In this document: piece after piece, positions 1-11,563 of the stretch
Layout of the letters: each line of letters starts with the position of its first letter
Numbering within the stretch: the stretch's first letter is position 1
Assembly (NCBI RefSeq): GCF_036321535.1
Contig: NC_087437.1
Coordinates: 34,102,001 to 34,166,000, forward strand
Direction of reading: 5' to 3'
Origin: Camelus dromedarius
Lineage: Eukaryota
DNA length: 64,000 nucleotides
Made by a program: the position numbers and the translations under genes
Notes under the pieces: model-generated
Told to the model about the DNA's origin: nothing
The model's input: only the letters and a program-made list of their open reading frames with translations
Database searches by the model: none

Positions 1-180
1 TTATCTGCTGTGTGACCTTGGGGAATTTTCATAAGCTGCCTTGGCCTCGACTGCCACATCTGCAAAATAAGGAAGAAGATGATATTAACAATACCAGCCT
101 CAGAAGATTGGTACATGCGGAAAGTCTTAGAATCTCTCCTGACCCATCGCAAGAGCTCAACAGATGTAAGTTCTTATTAA
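1..180 (+). mobile_element. MIR SINE fragment (truncated by window start)
   Basis: GCTGTGTGACCTTGGG...CATCTGCAAAAT...3' tail, resembling the MIR core and 3' part. Confidence 0.7.
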
Positions 181-315
181 TATTTTTAAACATCGTTGTA
201 TCTAGGGTGACCCAGTGTATCCTGTGTGAGAGGCTATTGGCCACGAAGTCTCCTCACCAGCCCTGAAATAGAGCAGGGGAGTGAGAGCAGGAGCTTAAGA
301 ATAGCACAGGGAACT

Positions 316-382
316 GAATCACTTCGCTTTATACTGGAAACTAATATTGTAAATCAACTACACTTCAATAAAATAACAAAAA
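316..382 (+). mobile_element. Very short L1 3' tip with A-rich tail, 19-bp TSD
   Basis: (AACT)GAATCACTT...ATTGTAAATCAACTACACTTCAATAAAA L1 3' terminus. Flanked by AAGAATAGCACAGGGAACT (297-315) and AAGAATAACACAGGGAACT (383-401). Confidence 0.8.
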
Positions 383-552
383 AAGAATAACACAGGGAAC
401 TATATTCAATATCTTGTAGTAACATATAATGAAAAAGAGTATGAAAGAGAACATATGTATGTATATATGACTAAAAAATTATGCTGTACACCAGAAATTG
501 ACACAGCTTTGTATACTGACTATACTTCAATTTAACAAAAAGAAAAAAAAAA
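383..552 (+). mobile_element. L1 3' UTR fragment with poly(A)
   Basis: CACAGGGAACTATATTCAATATCTTGTAGTAAC...GCTGTACACCAGAAATTGACACA...ACTATACTTCAAT followed by an A-run. Confidence 0.85.
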
Positions 553-1003
553 TAGTACTACTACTTTCAGATGCAGAACTGTGCCCAGCAAAATGGCACA
601 GAATCCACTCAGTATGACCCATTGGCCACCACATTCCTCAGACCTGTGTCTGGGAGCCCCTTGGGACCATCTCACCCCAATCCCCTGAGCCTTCATGCCC
701 CCACTGTGCCTGGGCCATACCCCTACTGACCCAGCACAACTTTCCCCACACTGGGCATCCAGGAGTCAAAGGTCCCCTCACCTGGATTCTCCCAGCTCTT
801 CCCTTCAGCTCCCACGGCCAGGTACCTAGGAGCCTGCCCTGCGCAGTTCAGCCTGCTAGCTCAGCCTGGCTCCGGGCAATGCTGACATACCCTAAGGTGA
901 CACGGGAGCCCATAACCTGCCAAGACAGCTGGTGTCTGCCTTTCTGATCATCTGAAATTACCAGCCACCAGCTTGATGAAGACAAACTCAGTGGGAAAAA
1001 AAA

Positions 1004-1039
<36 letters not shown>
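1004..1039. repeat. Compound (TG)6(TA)n microsatellite
   Basis: Directly visible. Confidence 0.9.
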
Positions 1040-1369
1040 CACTCCTATATATGCCATGTTCTCAGTATAGGTCAAAATTACAATTATTCCAAAATCAGAC
1101 TTCAGCTCTTGGTTAGGGCTGCCTGAAACATCACAGAATGTTTTCAACGATTCTTAATCTCTTAGAAATATAGGCCAATCCTATTTGGAGAGCTCAGTAT
1201 TAAACTCGCTAAGATTTCTTATCACATTTAACTCCCCCTTTTCATGCCATATAACATAAACTCAGATCTACACCATATGGATTTAAATGAAAAAAACTCA
1301 AGGTGAAGACAAGCAAACCAAACCAACACAAAACAAAGCAAAGCAAAGCACTAAGAAGGCTGTGTGTGT

Positions 1370-1625
1370 AGTGGCTTCAAGTGCAGCCAGTGCACATAGC
1401 TGCCTGGGTTCAAGGACCTACTCCCCCCTAAGAGGCTGAGCGAGCCTGCACCAGCTCATTAGCCCCCTGTGCCTCCCTCTTTTTCTGGAAAAGAGGGATA
1501 GTCACACCCCTCCCTCTTGGCTTGTTTTAAGAACTAAAGGATATAATGTGTGTAGCACACTTAGGACCATGCCTGACACATTGTTGATGTTCTTAAAGGT
1601 TAGTTGTTCTTCTATTTATTGTTAT
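1370..1625 (+). mobile_element. MIR SINE
   Basis: CTGCCTGGGTTCAA...CTGTGCCTC...CACTTAGGACCATGCCTGACACATTG, a degenerate near-full MIR. Confidence 0.65.
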
Positions 1626-2339
1626 ATAATTTACTAGCCAGATAAATCAGCATCTCCTAACCGCTGGTCCAGGGAACTCAAAGAGGCCACAAAAACCTGC
1701 CACTAAATGGACTTAATTTTTAAGACAGAAAACTCTCATGACTCTTAATCAATCAGGTAATTTACACATAAGTCAATGTATTCAATGTAATTTATGTTTT
1801 AAGGATAAAACAAAGGAACAGTGATTATTCAAATGTTTTATTCTTTGTGTTGAAAATTTTAATAAGAGTATAGTCTTTCAAAGATTTAACAGTCTGTGGA
1901 GGAGAATTTTCATATTTTAGCCATCCACGCTGAGCCAGTGTTGAGATGTAGGGCTAGAAGAATAAGCACTTGGAGAGAGCCTGCTGCAGTCTTTAATTCC
2001 CCTGTGACTTTATAGACGTAGTGGATTAGTGACTGTCCCAGGACACGCTCAGCATCAACAGCAGCATTAAAATGATAGAAAATAGTTATCTAAAACAACG
2101 TGCTGAATATATTTGTAATACATACAGCAAAGGAATCATATCTACAATTCCTTAAAACATCGTATCAGTTAGGAACAGACTAACAGTGCAATTTATAAAT
2201 GAAAAAGAGAATGAATAGGCCACTTACGAGAGAAATAGAAATGACCATATAATACCAAAAGACGCTTAACCCCACTAAGGAAAAACAATATGTAAACTAG
2301 ATATATTTACTCCTAACACAAAGGGGAAAATAAATATAT

Positions 2340-2797
2340 ATATATTTAATTGAAGTATAGTTGGTTTACAATGTTGTATTAATTTCTGATGTACAGCATA
2401 GTGATTCAGTTACACATATGTATATTCCTTTTCATATTCTTTTTCATTATAGGCTATTACGATGTATTGAATATAATCCCCTGTGCTGTACAATAGGACC
2501 TTGTTGTCTATCTATTTTATACATAGTAGTGTGTATCTGCAAATCTTGAACTCCCAATTTGTCCCTCCACCCACCCATTCCCCTCCCCCAGTAACCATGT
2601 TTGTTTTCTCTATCTGTGAGTCTGTTTCTGTTTTGTAAATAAGTTCTTTGTATCTTTTTTTAGATTCCACGTGTAAGTGATGTCATATGATATTTGTCTT
2701 TCTCTGTCTGACTTACTTCATTTACTATGATCATCTCTAGGTCCATCCATGTTGCTGCAAATGGCATTATTTTACTTTTTATGGCTGAGTAGTATTC

Positions 2798-2869
<72 letters not shown>

Positions 2870-3240
2870 ATACATATACATATACCACATCTTCTTTATT
2901 CATTATCTGTCGATGGACATTTAGGTTGCTTCCATGTCTTGGCTATTGTAAGTAGCGTTGTTATGAGCATTGGGATGCATGTATCTTTTTGAATTAGAGT
3001 CTCCTCTGGATATATGCCCAGGAGTGGGATTGCTGGATCATGTGGTAAGTCTATTTTTGTTTTTTTGAGGGATCTCCATCCTGTTTTCCATAATGGCTGC
3101 ACCAAACTGCATTCCCACCAGCAGTGTTGGAGGGTTCCCTTTTCTCCACACCCTCTCCAGCATTTATTATTTGTGGACTTTTGAATGATGGCCATTCTGA
3201 ACAGTGTGAGGTGATACCTCATTGTAGTTTTGATTTGCAT
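2340..3240 (-). mobile_element. 5'-truncated L1 (ORF2 C-terminus plus 3' UTR), inserted in older L1 sequence
   Basis: Minus ORF 2896-3240 [11 protein letters not shown]...[18 protein letters not shown]...[11 protein letters not shown] is the L1 ORF2 cysteine-rich domain. PFAATWMDLE motif downstream, then a typical 3' UTR. Confidence 0.95.
2801..2868. repeat. (TG)34 perfect microsatellite inside L1
   Basis: Directly visible, 68 bp. Confidence 0.97.
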
Positions 3241-4908
3241 AGAAAAATAAATAATTGATAATACCTAGAATTAGCAGCAATTTGGTGGCAGTGTGAACTG
3301 GTACAGCCATGGCAAGAATGCTACAAGACTTTTCTTCCTCTCAGGTTCAAAGTCAGCTGGAAGAAGTTCCATCAAAGTCTCATGGGCTCTAACTGAGTCT
3401 AATGCTCTTTCCTAAACCAATCTCTGTGGCCACAGAATGCAATAATATGGTTGGCTTAGTCTGAGCCAACATTGGAACCTCTCTGAAAGGAGACAAAAAT
3501 TTGGGAGTCTTAGCATGGAGACAACTTAGAAAGCCACTGAAATGAGTAAGATCACCCAGGAAGAATATTTAGAGATGAGGCCCAGCACCGAGCTACAGGA
3601 TGACCACAGATGTTGTATGTATCTTTCCATTGTCGGTCAGTGCTTTTACATTCATATTTATGTACATATGTTTCATTTTGTCTGTTGGTAGACAAGGAAT
3701 TAACTCATATATATTGTTCTACAACGTGTTTATTTGTTTCACTTACTGATATGTTCCGGAGAAATTTCTATGTCCTGTGTTCCCAAGTTCAGAGCATCCC
3801 TGGTCCATTTTTCTGAAGAACTAACCTTTGACTGGAGCCAGGCAGGAAGTGGAGGTGGTCTGCTCCCCAAACACGTCAGGTTTATTCCCTGATCCGCCTC
3901 CCCATGCCTTCCCGGGTAACAGCACCACCATCTCCTGAGACTCTTCTTATGTTTCATTTTTTTGTTACCCCTTTCAAAATTTATTTTCATGATTTAGTCT
4001 CTTTTGTGACTTTTGTGCTGTCATTTCAATGAGGTTTGAGGAGGATAAGTGTGTAAATCATATGGTCAGTCTGCTATAGAGAAAGAAAATCTGCGTAATG
4101 TAATTTTAAAGGATGAAAGCAAGTTACAGAAATATCTATATATACTTACATCTACATATACATATATAACGCATACATTTACATATAATACCATTTTTTT
4201 AATTAATAAATGTATGCACTTATGTTAAGTTGAACAACTTTCTATAGTATACGTTTCTATATTTTTAAAGGTTTTTTTGAATGGACATAGATTATTTTTA
4301 CAAGGAAAGATACTTTTTAAAAACAGTAAACTGATTCTTAATTTTTTAAGACAATATGGTCACTGAAGAAATTATTGAACACTTTGGAAGCAAAGCAAAT
4401 TAAAAAAAAAAATCCTTCCATAATCTCCTTTCACTTTGGTTATAACTATTTGGCAGATAAATGTTTGGGCTTATATCCTCTTTATCTTTTCTCCCTGTAA
4501 GCGTGTACATGCTTTTTCTCTCTGGTGCATTCATTTTTAACACCCTGTTTTCTCTCAACAATATGTCATAAGCATCTTCTCAAATCAATAAAAGAAGCAT
4601 CAAATAACTTAAAAGAATAGATTTAATATCCTCTGTCCACAGATCAATAAAATTAGAGATTGATATGAGACGATAAGGAAAAATACATTTGGAATTTTAA
4701 AAACATCATTCTAATAATGTATAAGTACAAGAAGAAATTATGAGAAAATTTTAAAATATTGGTAACTAAACGATAATCAAAGCTCTAAAAATCAAGATGC
4801 AATGAATGTTGTATTAATGTGGAAAATGTGTAGTTTTAAATGCTTTTATTAGCAAATAAGAAATCTTTAGTAACTAAGATTGAAAAAATATGATTTTTCA
4901 AATCTGGC

Positions 4909-6302
4909 TGTGATATTGGCTTTACTGTAAGAAATAGATATTTCGTCTTCTTTCTGGTTTCTGGCACAGAGCTCCTAAAACCCTCGGAATTTCCTGTGTA
5001 AGAGCTATAAAGGTGTCTTTTGTTATGCTGATGAGGTGGCTTTTGGAAAGCTCCTAGGTCACCTGAGTTTGGGGCTGGTCACCAGAGAAACCAACCCAGG
5101 GGTGAAAGGGAATTTTAGTCCTGCCCCTCAAACTCCAGGAAGAAGAGGGGGCTGGAAGTTGAATAAATCATCAATGGCCGATGATTTAAGCAATTATAAC
5201 TACTTAATGAAATCTCTGAAAAGACTCAAAGGACAGGGTTCAGAGAGCTGTGAGGTTGGTGAACAGGCGGAGACTGAAGGAAAGCGGTGCACCTGGAGGG
5301 GGCAAGGGAGCTCCAAGCCCTTCCCCACACCTCGCCCTGTGCACCTCCTCCATCTGGTTTTCCCCAGTCACATCCTTTTTTATAATAAACCCACCGGTTT
5401 ATCTAGTAAGTGAAATATTTCTCTGAGTACTCTGAGCTGCTAGCAAACTAATCAGACCCAAGGAGGGGGTTGTTGGGAAGTGGGATCGATAGTCAGAAAC
5501 ACAGTGAAGGAGGGGGCGCTTAACCTGTGAGACGGACTCCCTGACCCTAACCCTAACCTGTGGAATCTGATGCCATCTCCAGGTAGATGGTGTTACCAAA
5601 CAAAAGTTCATGTGTCCAATGCACAGTGAGGCCAAACAGCAAGGTTTGGAGCAGAGAAAGGATTATTGCAGGGCTGAGCAAGAAGAATGAGTAGCTTGTG
5701 CTCAAAACCCCCAAACTCCCCCATGGTTTTCAGGGAGACATTTTTATAGGCAAAATCTGGGGTGAGGGTGCAGCGTGTGTGATTTCCTTCTGATTGGTTG
5801 GTGGTGAGGTAATGGGGTGGTGTTCCAGAAATCTTGTGCTTAGCCTAAAATTGCCTCCACTTGGGAGGGGGCCTTAGTTCCTCAGAAGAACTCAAAGATA
5901 TTGTCATATATATTCCTTGAGGAGGAACCAGGACCCTGCCCCAAGGCTACAAGATTGTTTCTTGACTGCTTCTCCTTTTTTTGCATTTCTGCCCTTTAGA
6001 ACTCAGGGAAGGTCAAAGAGGCTGAATGAACCCTATTTCCTACAAACAAGAAATGGGAGATACGGAAAGGATTTGTATCAGGGAGGACCCCACAGTGTCC
6101 TGCTCCTTCAATAGTGTTGGAATTGTGTTGATTCGTTGGACACCCAGTTGGTGTTGGGCAATTGCTTATTGGTATGGGAACCCTCCCCCAACACACTGGC
6201 TTTGGGTGCAGAATTTTTTCTGGGTTTTAGTTACACTGATATTTATTACAAATATATTAATTGGAGAGGGCATTCATTGGTCTTTGGTTTTTGGTTTTCT
6301 CA
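4909..6302 (+). mobile_element. MER21-like LTR, interrupted by a second LTR
   Basis: TGTGATATTG...CTGGCACAGAGCTCCTAAAACCCT start, AATAAA near 5385. GATGCCATCTCCAGGTAGA|TAGTGT...GGACACCCAG continuity across the insertion. Confidence 0.75.
5591..6110 (-). mobile_element. Solo ERV LTR (class I-like) nested in MER21
   Basis: TG...CA termini and a 4-bp TSD ATGG/ATAG. Minus-strand CCAAT (5793-5797) and TATAAAA (5742-5748). Confidence 0.8.
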
Positions 6303-6846
6303 GTGTTTGGGATATCTCATATATTAAAATTTTTAAGAAAAATAAATGAGTTAACTAAGAAAGCATTTGATTCAAACTGAAAAAAAAAAACAGGAAAAAA
6401 GAAATAAATACAAAGGCAGAAATTAATGATGATCAATAAAACTAAAGTACTTTGAAGAGACAATACATAAATCCTTGACTACAGTGACCAAGAAAAACGA
6501 GAGAAGCCAGGAATTAGGCACAGCATTAGAAATGAGGGGGAAGACGCAACTGCAGATACAGGAGAAAACGTTAAAACTGAAGGAGAAAACATTATACATT
6601 CGAAAAATATAATTATAGAGATAATTTTAAATAGAAACAGAAGATTAAATAAACCAACAACAGTTTAAGAACTTGAATAAGTTGCAGGGGAGAAAAGTTC
6701 CCCCATCTCCTCTCACAAATGGCACAGTGCAGTCCCATAGGCAGGTTTCAACAACATTCAACAGATGATCCCTACTCAAGGCAACTCTCACAGCAAACAC
6801 AATTTTAAAAAGAAAGAAAGACCAACTTATTTTTGTGAGACAAAAC

Positions 6847-6990
6847 TGTCTTCCCCTGGGTTTCCCTGAAAACAGAGCCTGAGATACAGGCTTGCATGTA
6901 GGTAGTTTATTTGGAATGTGATCCTGGGAAGCAGAAGGTGGAGACAACGAAGGAGAAAAGCTAATGTCCTTACATTATCATCCTTGCATT
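6847..6990. mobile_element. Ancient ERVL-type LTR fragment (LTR33/LTR16-like)
   Basis: GGGTTTCCCTGAAAACAGAGCCTGAGA...GTAGTTTATTTGG...GTGATCC motif. Confidence 0.5.
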
Positions 6991-7250
6991 GGCTTCAGGG
7001 GAGAGATGGATGGAGGCTTGATGGCTAAAGGATGTGCAGTTTTCTTATGGGGTGATGAAGAATGTTCTAGAATTGATTGTGATGGTGATTACCTAACTGC
7101 AAATATACTTAAAAGCCACTGAATTTTACAATTGAAATGAGTAAATTGTATGTGAATTGTGTCTCCATAAAGCTGTTACAAACACAAAAGGAAAATAATT
7201 ATTCAGATTATTTAAAAATTAGAAAATAAGACCGAAATTTTAAAAAAAGA
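6990..7250 (+). mobile_element. L1MB/L1MC-type 3' UTR fragment
   Basis: GGGGTGATGAAGAATGTTCTAGAATTGATTGTGATGGTGATT...GTGAATTGTGTCTCCATAAAGCTG. Confidence 0.7.
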
Positions 7251-7455
7251 AGAAAGAGGAAAAGAAGAATGCAGAGAAGAAGTGCACAGGCAGAGGGAGA
7301 CAGAAGCAAAAGGAAGAAGCTCTTTGGGTCAGTAGGTAAACACAAAAGTGTTCACTGCTTACGATGTAATTGTCTATATAGAAAAGTTGACTCTTCAGAC
7401 AAACCTTTTAAATGTTGCTGAATCCAAGGTTAACACACCAAAATCAATAGCAGTC

Positions 7456-8520
7456 TTTAGTAGACTTATTAATGGCCCCCAAAACTATCTGGTCCTAGTC
7501 CCTGGAATCTAATGAATGTTGACTTATTTGGAAAAAGGATCTTTGCAGATGTGATTAAGTTAAGGATCTGGCAATGAGGAGATGATCCTGAATTATCCAG
7601 GTAGACTTTAAGTGCAATTGTGTGTGTCATAAGTGGGAGATCTCTCACACACAGACACACAGACACACACAGACATACACACACAGACACACACACACAC
7701 GGGAGAAGGGGATGTGAAGGCAGAGAGAAATTTGAAGATTGACCTTGAAGATTGAAGTGATATGGCCACAAATCACGGAATACCAGCAGCCACCAGAAGC
7801 CGGAAGAGGCGAGCAACGGACTCCCCTAGAACCTCAGGAGGCAGAGCACCCCCGCTGACAGCTTTGTGGTGCCGAACGGAGCCTGCCGAGGCCTTGTGAC
7901 CTCCAAACCTCCAGCGCTTGGCATCCGCCTACTCCTCTTTGGAACATAAAGTACACCCTTTCCTGACGTGTGTTGCCATAGCAGAATTAACAGCCCTGGG
8001 AATTGGCTAACCTCACGGCAGCCCAGGCTGATCTTTCTCAGCCCACGTCTCCTCCTTATCGGAGTTGTAAATTCCACTACCCTGCTTGTCTCAGCCCATG
8101 TCTTCATCTTATCGGAGTCGTAAACCCCACCACCTCGCCATACTCCAAAGCCCCTGACCTCACCCGTAGCCGATCGGAAACCCGTCCCCTCTCCCGCTGT
8201 GTGCACAGCCCCTTCCTCAGTAAAGGGCCCTGCACGTCCCCCCTCGGGGCTCACACAGGCACCTCCGTCTGTGTGGCCGCTGTTGCCCGTAGCAGCCTCT
8301 CTAGTAAACTTTCCTGCGTCTCTTAAACTTTCTTTGTCTTTGGGAAATTCTTCTGCCTCCTGTGACACCGGCCTGCCGTGTCCCCCAGCAAGCTTGATCT
8401 CGGCCCGGTGGTCCTGATTTTGCGCTTCCGGCCCTGAGAGCTGTGAGAAAACAGATTGCCATGGCTTTCAGCTGCCGAGCTTTTAGAAATTTGTTACAGC
8501 AGCCATGGGAAACTAACCCA
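7456..8520 (+). mobile_element. MaLR LTR (MLT1D-like), interrupted at 7865-8390
   Basis: AATGGCCCCCAAA...TTTGCAGATGTGATTAAGTTAAGGATCT...TTGTTACAGCAGCC...GAAACTAA. Perfect 5-bp TSD CAGTC (7451-7455 / 8521-8525). Confidence 0.85.
7865..8390 (+). mobile_element. CpG-rich solo LTR nested in MLT1
   Basis: TG...CA ends, perfect TSD AGCTT (7860-7864 / 8391-8395), AGTAAA near 8303, internal repeat TTATCGGAGTYGTAAA. Confidence 0.85.
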
Positions 8521-8744
8521 CAGTCCTCCAGCACCATCAGAAGAAACCAAAAGGTATAATGAACAACATTTCCTACTCACAAGGCAATAAACACTTAAAG
8601 ATACCTGGGAACAAACCTCCCACCGTACAGCAGTGATCACGGACTTCCCGGTGTGGGCGCTCGGGTCTTGCTTCCCTATCAGAGTAAACTTTCTTTGAGA
8701 TTGGACAACGTGTCTTTATGAATAATGTGTCAGTTGCCTTCTAT

Positions 8745-9600
8745 GAACAGGCTCGTCCAGCAGGTACTAGAGATCTAGAAATAAATAGACATAGACCCCC
8801 GTCCTCAAAGCAGACAGAGAGGTAATAATAGAGGAATTCAGCAGGTATCTCTGGTACGTGAACGGGGTTCTGTGGGAGTTTGGCAGGGAGGAGGTGGGCA
8901 TGGGAGCAACTTTTCTCAAAATCTACCCTGAAAAATTAAGAAAATTTCACCAAAGAGTTGGCACCAAAACAGGCTCTTCAAACTTTAGGCCAAGAAGAGG
9001 TGGGGGAAGGACAGTGCAGGTGGAGGGAATACTGAGCATACAGATAACAAAGTATCAAGAAAGAACCTGACATGTTTGGGGGATGGTAAAATGTTCACTC
9101 TGAGCGGGGAGGGTACAGCTCAGCGGTACAGTGCGTGCTTGGCATGCACGAGGTCCTGGGTTCAATTCCCAGTACCTCCATTAAATAAATAATGAATAAA
9201 TAAACCTAATTACCTCCTGCCACAAACAAAAAAAATAAAGTAATAAAAGTTCACTGATTATTTGCACCACGGGCACTATTCTGCATGTGTTATATGCTTC
9301 ATAAGAAAAAAGCTAGAGAAGTCAGAAGAAGCCAGATCAAAAAGCAAAAGGTGACTAAAGCCAAACAAAAGGGTCCCTTGGTGAAAGGAGAGATAGAAAT
9401 CTTCAGCTGTGGAGCAGATTTGATTTTTTTTTTTCCAGTTAACTCTGGTGGAGGGCGGGAGCAGCCTGGTATCAGGGCGGCTAGTTAGGAGGCAAGGAAG
9501 ACGTCCAGGTAAGGGGAGATGAGAGCTTAAGGAAAGCAGTGGGGGTGGAGGAGAGGGTCAGCTTTGGAGAGGTTTTAAGCACTGAGGACATGGAGTCCAA
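8745..9600 (-). mobile_element. L2 remnant interrupted by a SINE
   Basis: Purine-rich degenerate L2-like motifs (GACATAGACCCCGTCCTCAA, GTCCAGGTAAGGGGAGATG). Confidence 0.45.
9104..9243 (+). mobile_element. Camelid tRNA-derived SINE (vic-1-like)
   Basis: GGGGAGGGTACAGCTCAGCGGTA...GAGGTCCTGGGTTCAATTCCCAGTACCTCCA head, AACCTAATTACC tail, A-run, TSD TAAAA(T)GTTCACT. Confidence 0.9.
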
Positions 9601-9789
9601 CTGGACATGGGGTGAAGGGGCAGGAGCAGTCCTGCCGCAGCTCATGAGGACAGGAAGTTCTTACGCACTGCTGTGTCCCTGGCATTTACACCAATTCCTG
9701 GCACACTGTGCTCAAAAAACAACTATCTAACGAATAAATGAAGTATGACTCCCAGTTTCCAGGTTGGAAAACAGATTCAAAAGCAAAAA

Positions 9790-9897
9790 TATGGGAGGAA
9801 GAATCTGAAAAAGAATGGATTTATATATGTGTGTGTAACTGAATCACTTTGCTGTACACTTGAAACATTGTAAATCAACTATACATCAATAAAAAAG
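9790..9897 (+). mobile_element. L1 3' tip
   Basis: GAATCTGAAAAAGAAT...GTAACTGAATCACTTTGCTGTACAC...GTAAATCAACTATACATCAATAAAAAA. Confidence 0.85.
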
Positions 9898-10060
9898 AGG
9901 GCAGTGGTTTATTTGAATCCTGTTGGTTTATGTGCCTGTAAGTGGAGATGTGGGTCTGGAGTTCAAGGAAGAGTTTGAAACCACTGGAAAAACGATGAAA
10001 TTTTCCAAGAGAAAAGCATCAGAGCAAGAAAGGATAACGTCAAAGATGGACTTTTGCCCA

Positions 10061-10486
10061 TTATTTAGTCTGCTTAGGGCGCGGCAACAAAATACCATAG
10101 ACTGGCGTAAACAACAGAAATTTATTTTCTCACAGTTCTGAAGGCTAGAAGTCCAAAGTCAGGGTGCCGGCATGGCGGGGTTCTGGTGAGTCTTCCTGAG
10201 TCGCCGTCGGCTGCCTTCTCCGTGTCCTCTCATGGCAGAGAGAGAGAGAGATGGAGAGAGAGAGAGAGAGAGAGAGGGAGACAGAGAGGGAGACAGAGAG
10301 AGGGAGAGCTCTAGTGTCTCTTCTTATAAGCCCACCAACCCCATCATGGGGGCTTAGCCTCACGACCCCACCTAAACCTAATTATCTCCCAAAGGCTCCA
10401 TCTCCAAATAGCATCACACTGGAAGTTAAGGCTTCAAACTATGAAGGGGCAGGGAGGGGGTGGGAGGGGCAGTCCAGTCCACAGCA
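10061..10486 (-). mobile_element. MaLR LTR (MLT1A-like) with internal (GA)n at about 10238-10307
   Basis: AACAAAATACCATAGACTGG...AACAACAGAAATTTATTTTCTCACAGTTCTGAAGGCTAGAAGTCCAA...GGCTTCAA. Confidence 0.85.
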
Positions 10487-10911
10487 GGGATTGTTAATGC
10501 CCTTTGAGAGAGCTACTTCAGAAGAGTGGGAGGAGCAGAAGCAGACGGCAATGGTAGAAAGTGGGTGAGAATAACCTACATTTTTATCTCTTTGTGCCCG
10601 GAGTATAGTCGAGCCTTAATAACTATTCCTCAAGTGAAATTTGGGAGGATTCTCTGAATCTGAATCTGTCTCTTTCCTAACCTAAAATAGTTACAGCTTA
10701 TCTTGAGTTTCGCCTGCATCTTTCCTCCAAATCCCTCTGGACTGACTTTGCTTCAGTTCTCACAGTCATTCAGGTGAAAGCATGTGATGACCATGACCCA
10801 GTGTAGCGGAAGCTGGTTTCACACTGTGAAGACGAAGGCTGGGACGTGCTGTGCTGAAGGTCTGCAAGATCATGACCTCAGCAGGATCCAGAATGCTTTT
10901 GGAAGGATATT

Positions 10912-11275
10912 CCAAGGGTTACAAACTCAAAAAAATAAATAATAACAACTGAGCAGGTAAAAGAAATGAGTAAAGCCAGCTGCATGTAAGGCCATGAGAG
11001 TAGTAGTGACTGTTAAACTAGGGAGTGTCCCCAGGTCTACGTGAGGCAAACTCTACTCGGTTCCAGCCAAATATTACCATAATGGAGTGTGGCCCAGAAT
11101 TGCTGGATATTTGTATTTTTCAAGAGAAGCCATAATCTCAGATTATTACATTAAAATGCCCAAGTTTTAATCTTGGCAATTAATTCAAATTAGTTGTGGG
11201 GGTTCAGCAGAGCATGCCTGCAGGGCATGAGACATTCAAATCACATGAGGCTCACAAGTCCCCTGTGGTGGCCCT
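10912..11275. mobile_element. hAT-Charlie non-autonomous element (MER102-like)
   Basis: AGGGTTACAAACTCAAA...GCAGGTAA...AAATGAGTAAAGC...TTTTCAAGAGAAGCC. Confidence 0.55.
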
Positions 11276-11411
11276 GCCTTAGATCTTGTCAGAAGTAAAT
11301 TAAATATAAATGAAGAAAAGTTCTATTACTGCATTTTAAGTTAGAAAGTTAAAAACCTCGTTAACCCATAGGGCAGGATTTGGGTTGAGAATAAAAATAA
11401 AGCCTCCTTGT

Positions 11412-11563
11412 GGGGAGGGTGTAGCTCAGTGGTAGAGCACATGCTTAGCAAGCACGAAATCCTGTATTCAATCCCCAATACCTCCATTAAAATAAATAGA
11501 TAAATAAAACTATTTACCCCACATCCCCTCCCCCCCCAAAAAAAACAACGAAATAAAATAAAG
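11412..11563 (+). mobile_element. vic-1-like SINE
   Basis: GGGGAGGGTGTAGCTCAGTGGTAGAGCACATGCTTAGC head, C-run and A-rich tail. Confidence 0.9.

Larger units (their letters stand above)
4580..8620 (+). mobile_element. Ancient L1 ORF2 remnant (pieces about 4580-4900, 6340-6845, 7300-7455, 8521-8620) broken by later insertions
   Basis: A-rich segments collinear with L1 ORF2 (e.g. TAAATGCTTTTATTAG, AAAGGCAGAAATTAATGA, CAAAATCAATAGCA|...ATACCTGGGAACAAACC). Confidence 0.6.

Noticed and set aside
2896..3240. 114-aa ORF with a cysteine-rich motif (and the ORF at 21769-22026)
   Set aside because: Fragments of L1 ORF2 in 5'-truncated, disrupted copies, not host genes
7826..8368. 180-aa minus-strand ORF
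   Set aside because: Lies antisense within a GC-rich solo LTR and shows no protein-like features
9104..9180. tRNA-Ala-like genes (also 11412, 21159, 48849, 56861 and four minus-strand copies)
   Set aside because: They have A/B-box heads but carry SINE tails, A-runs, TSDs and divergent stems, so they are SINEs rather than tRNA genes
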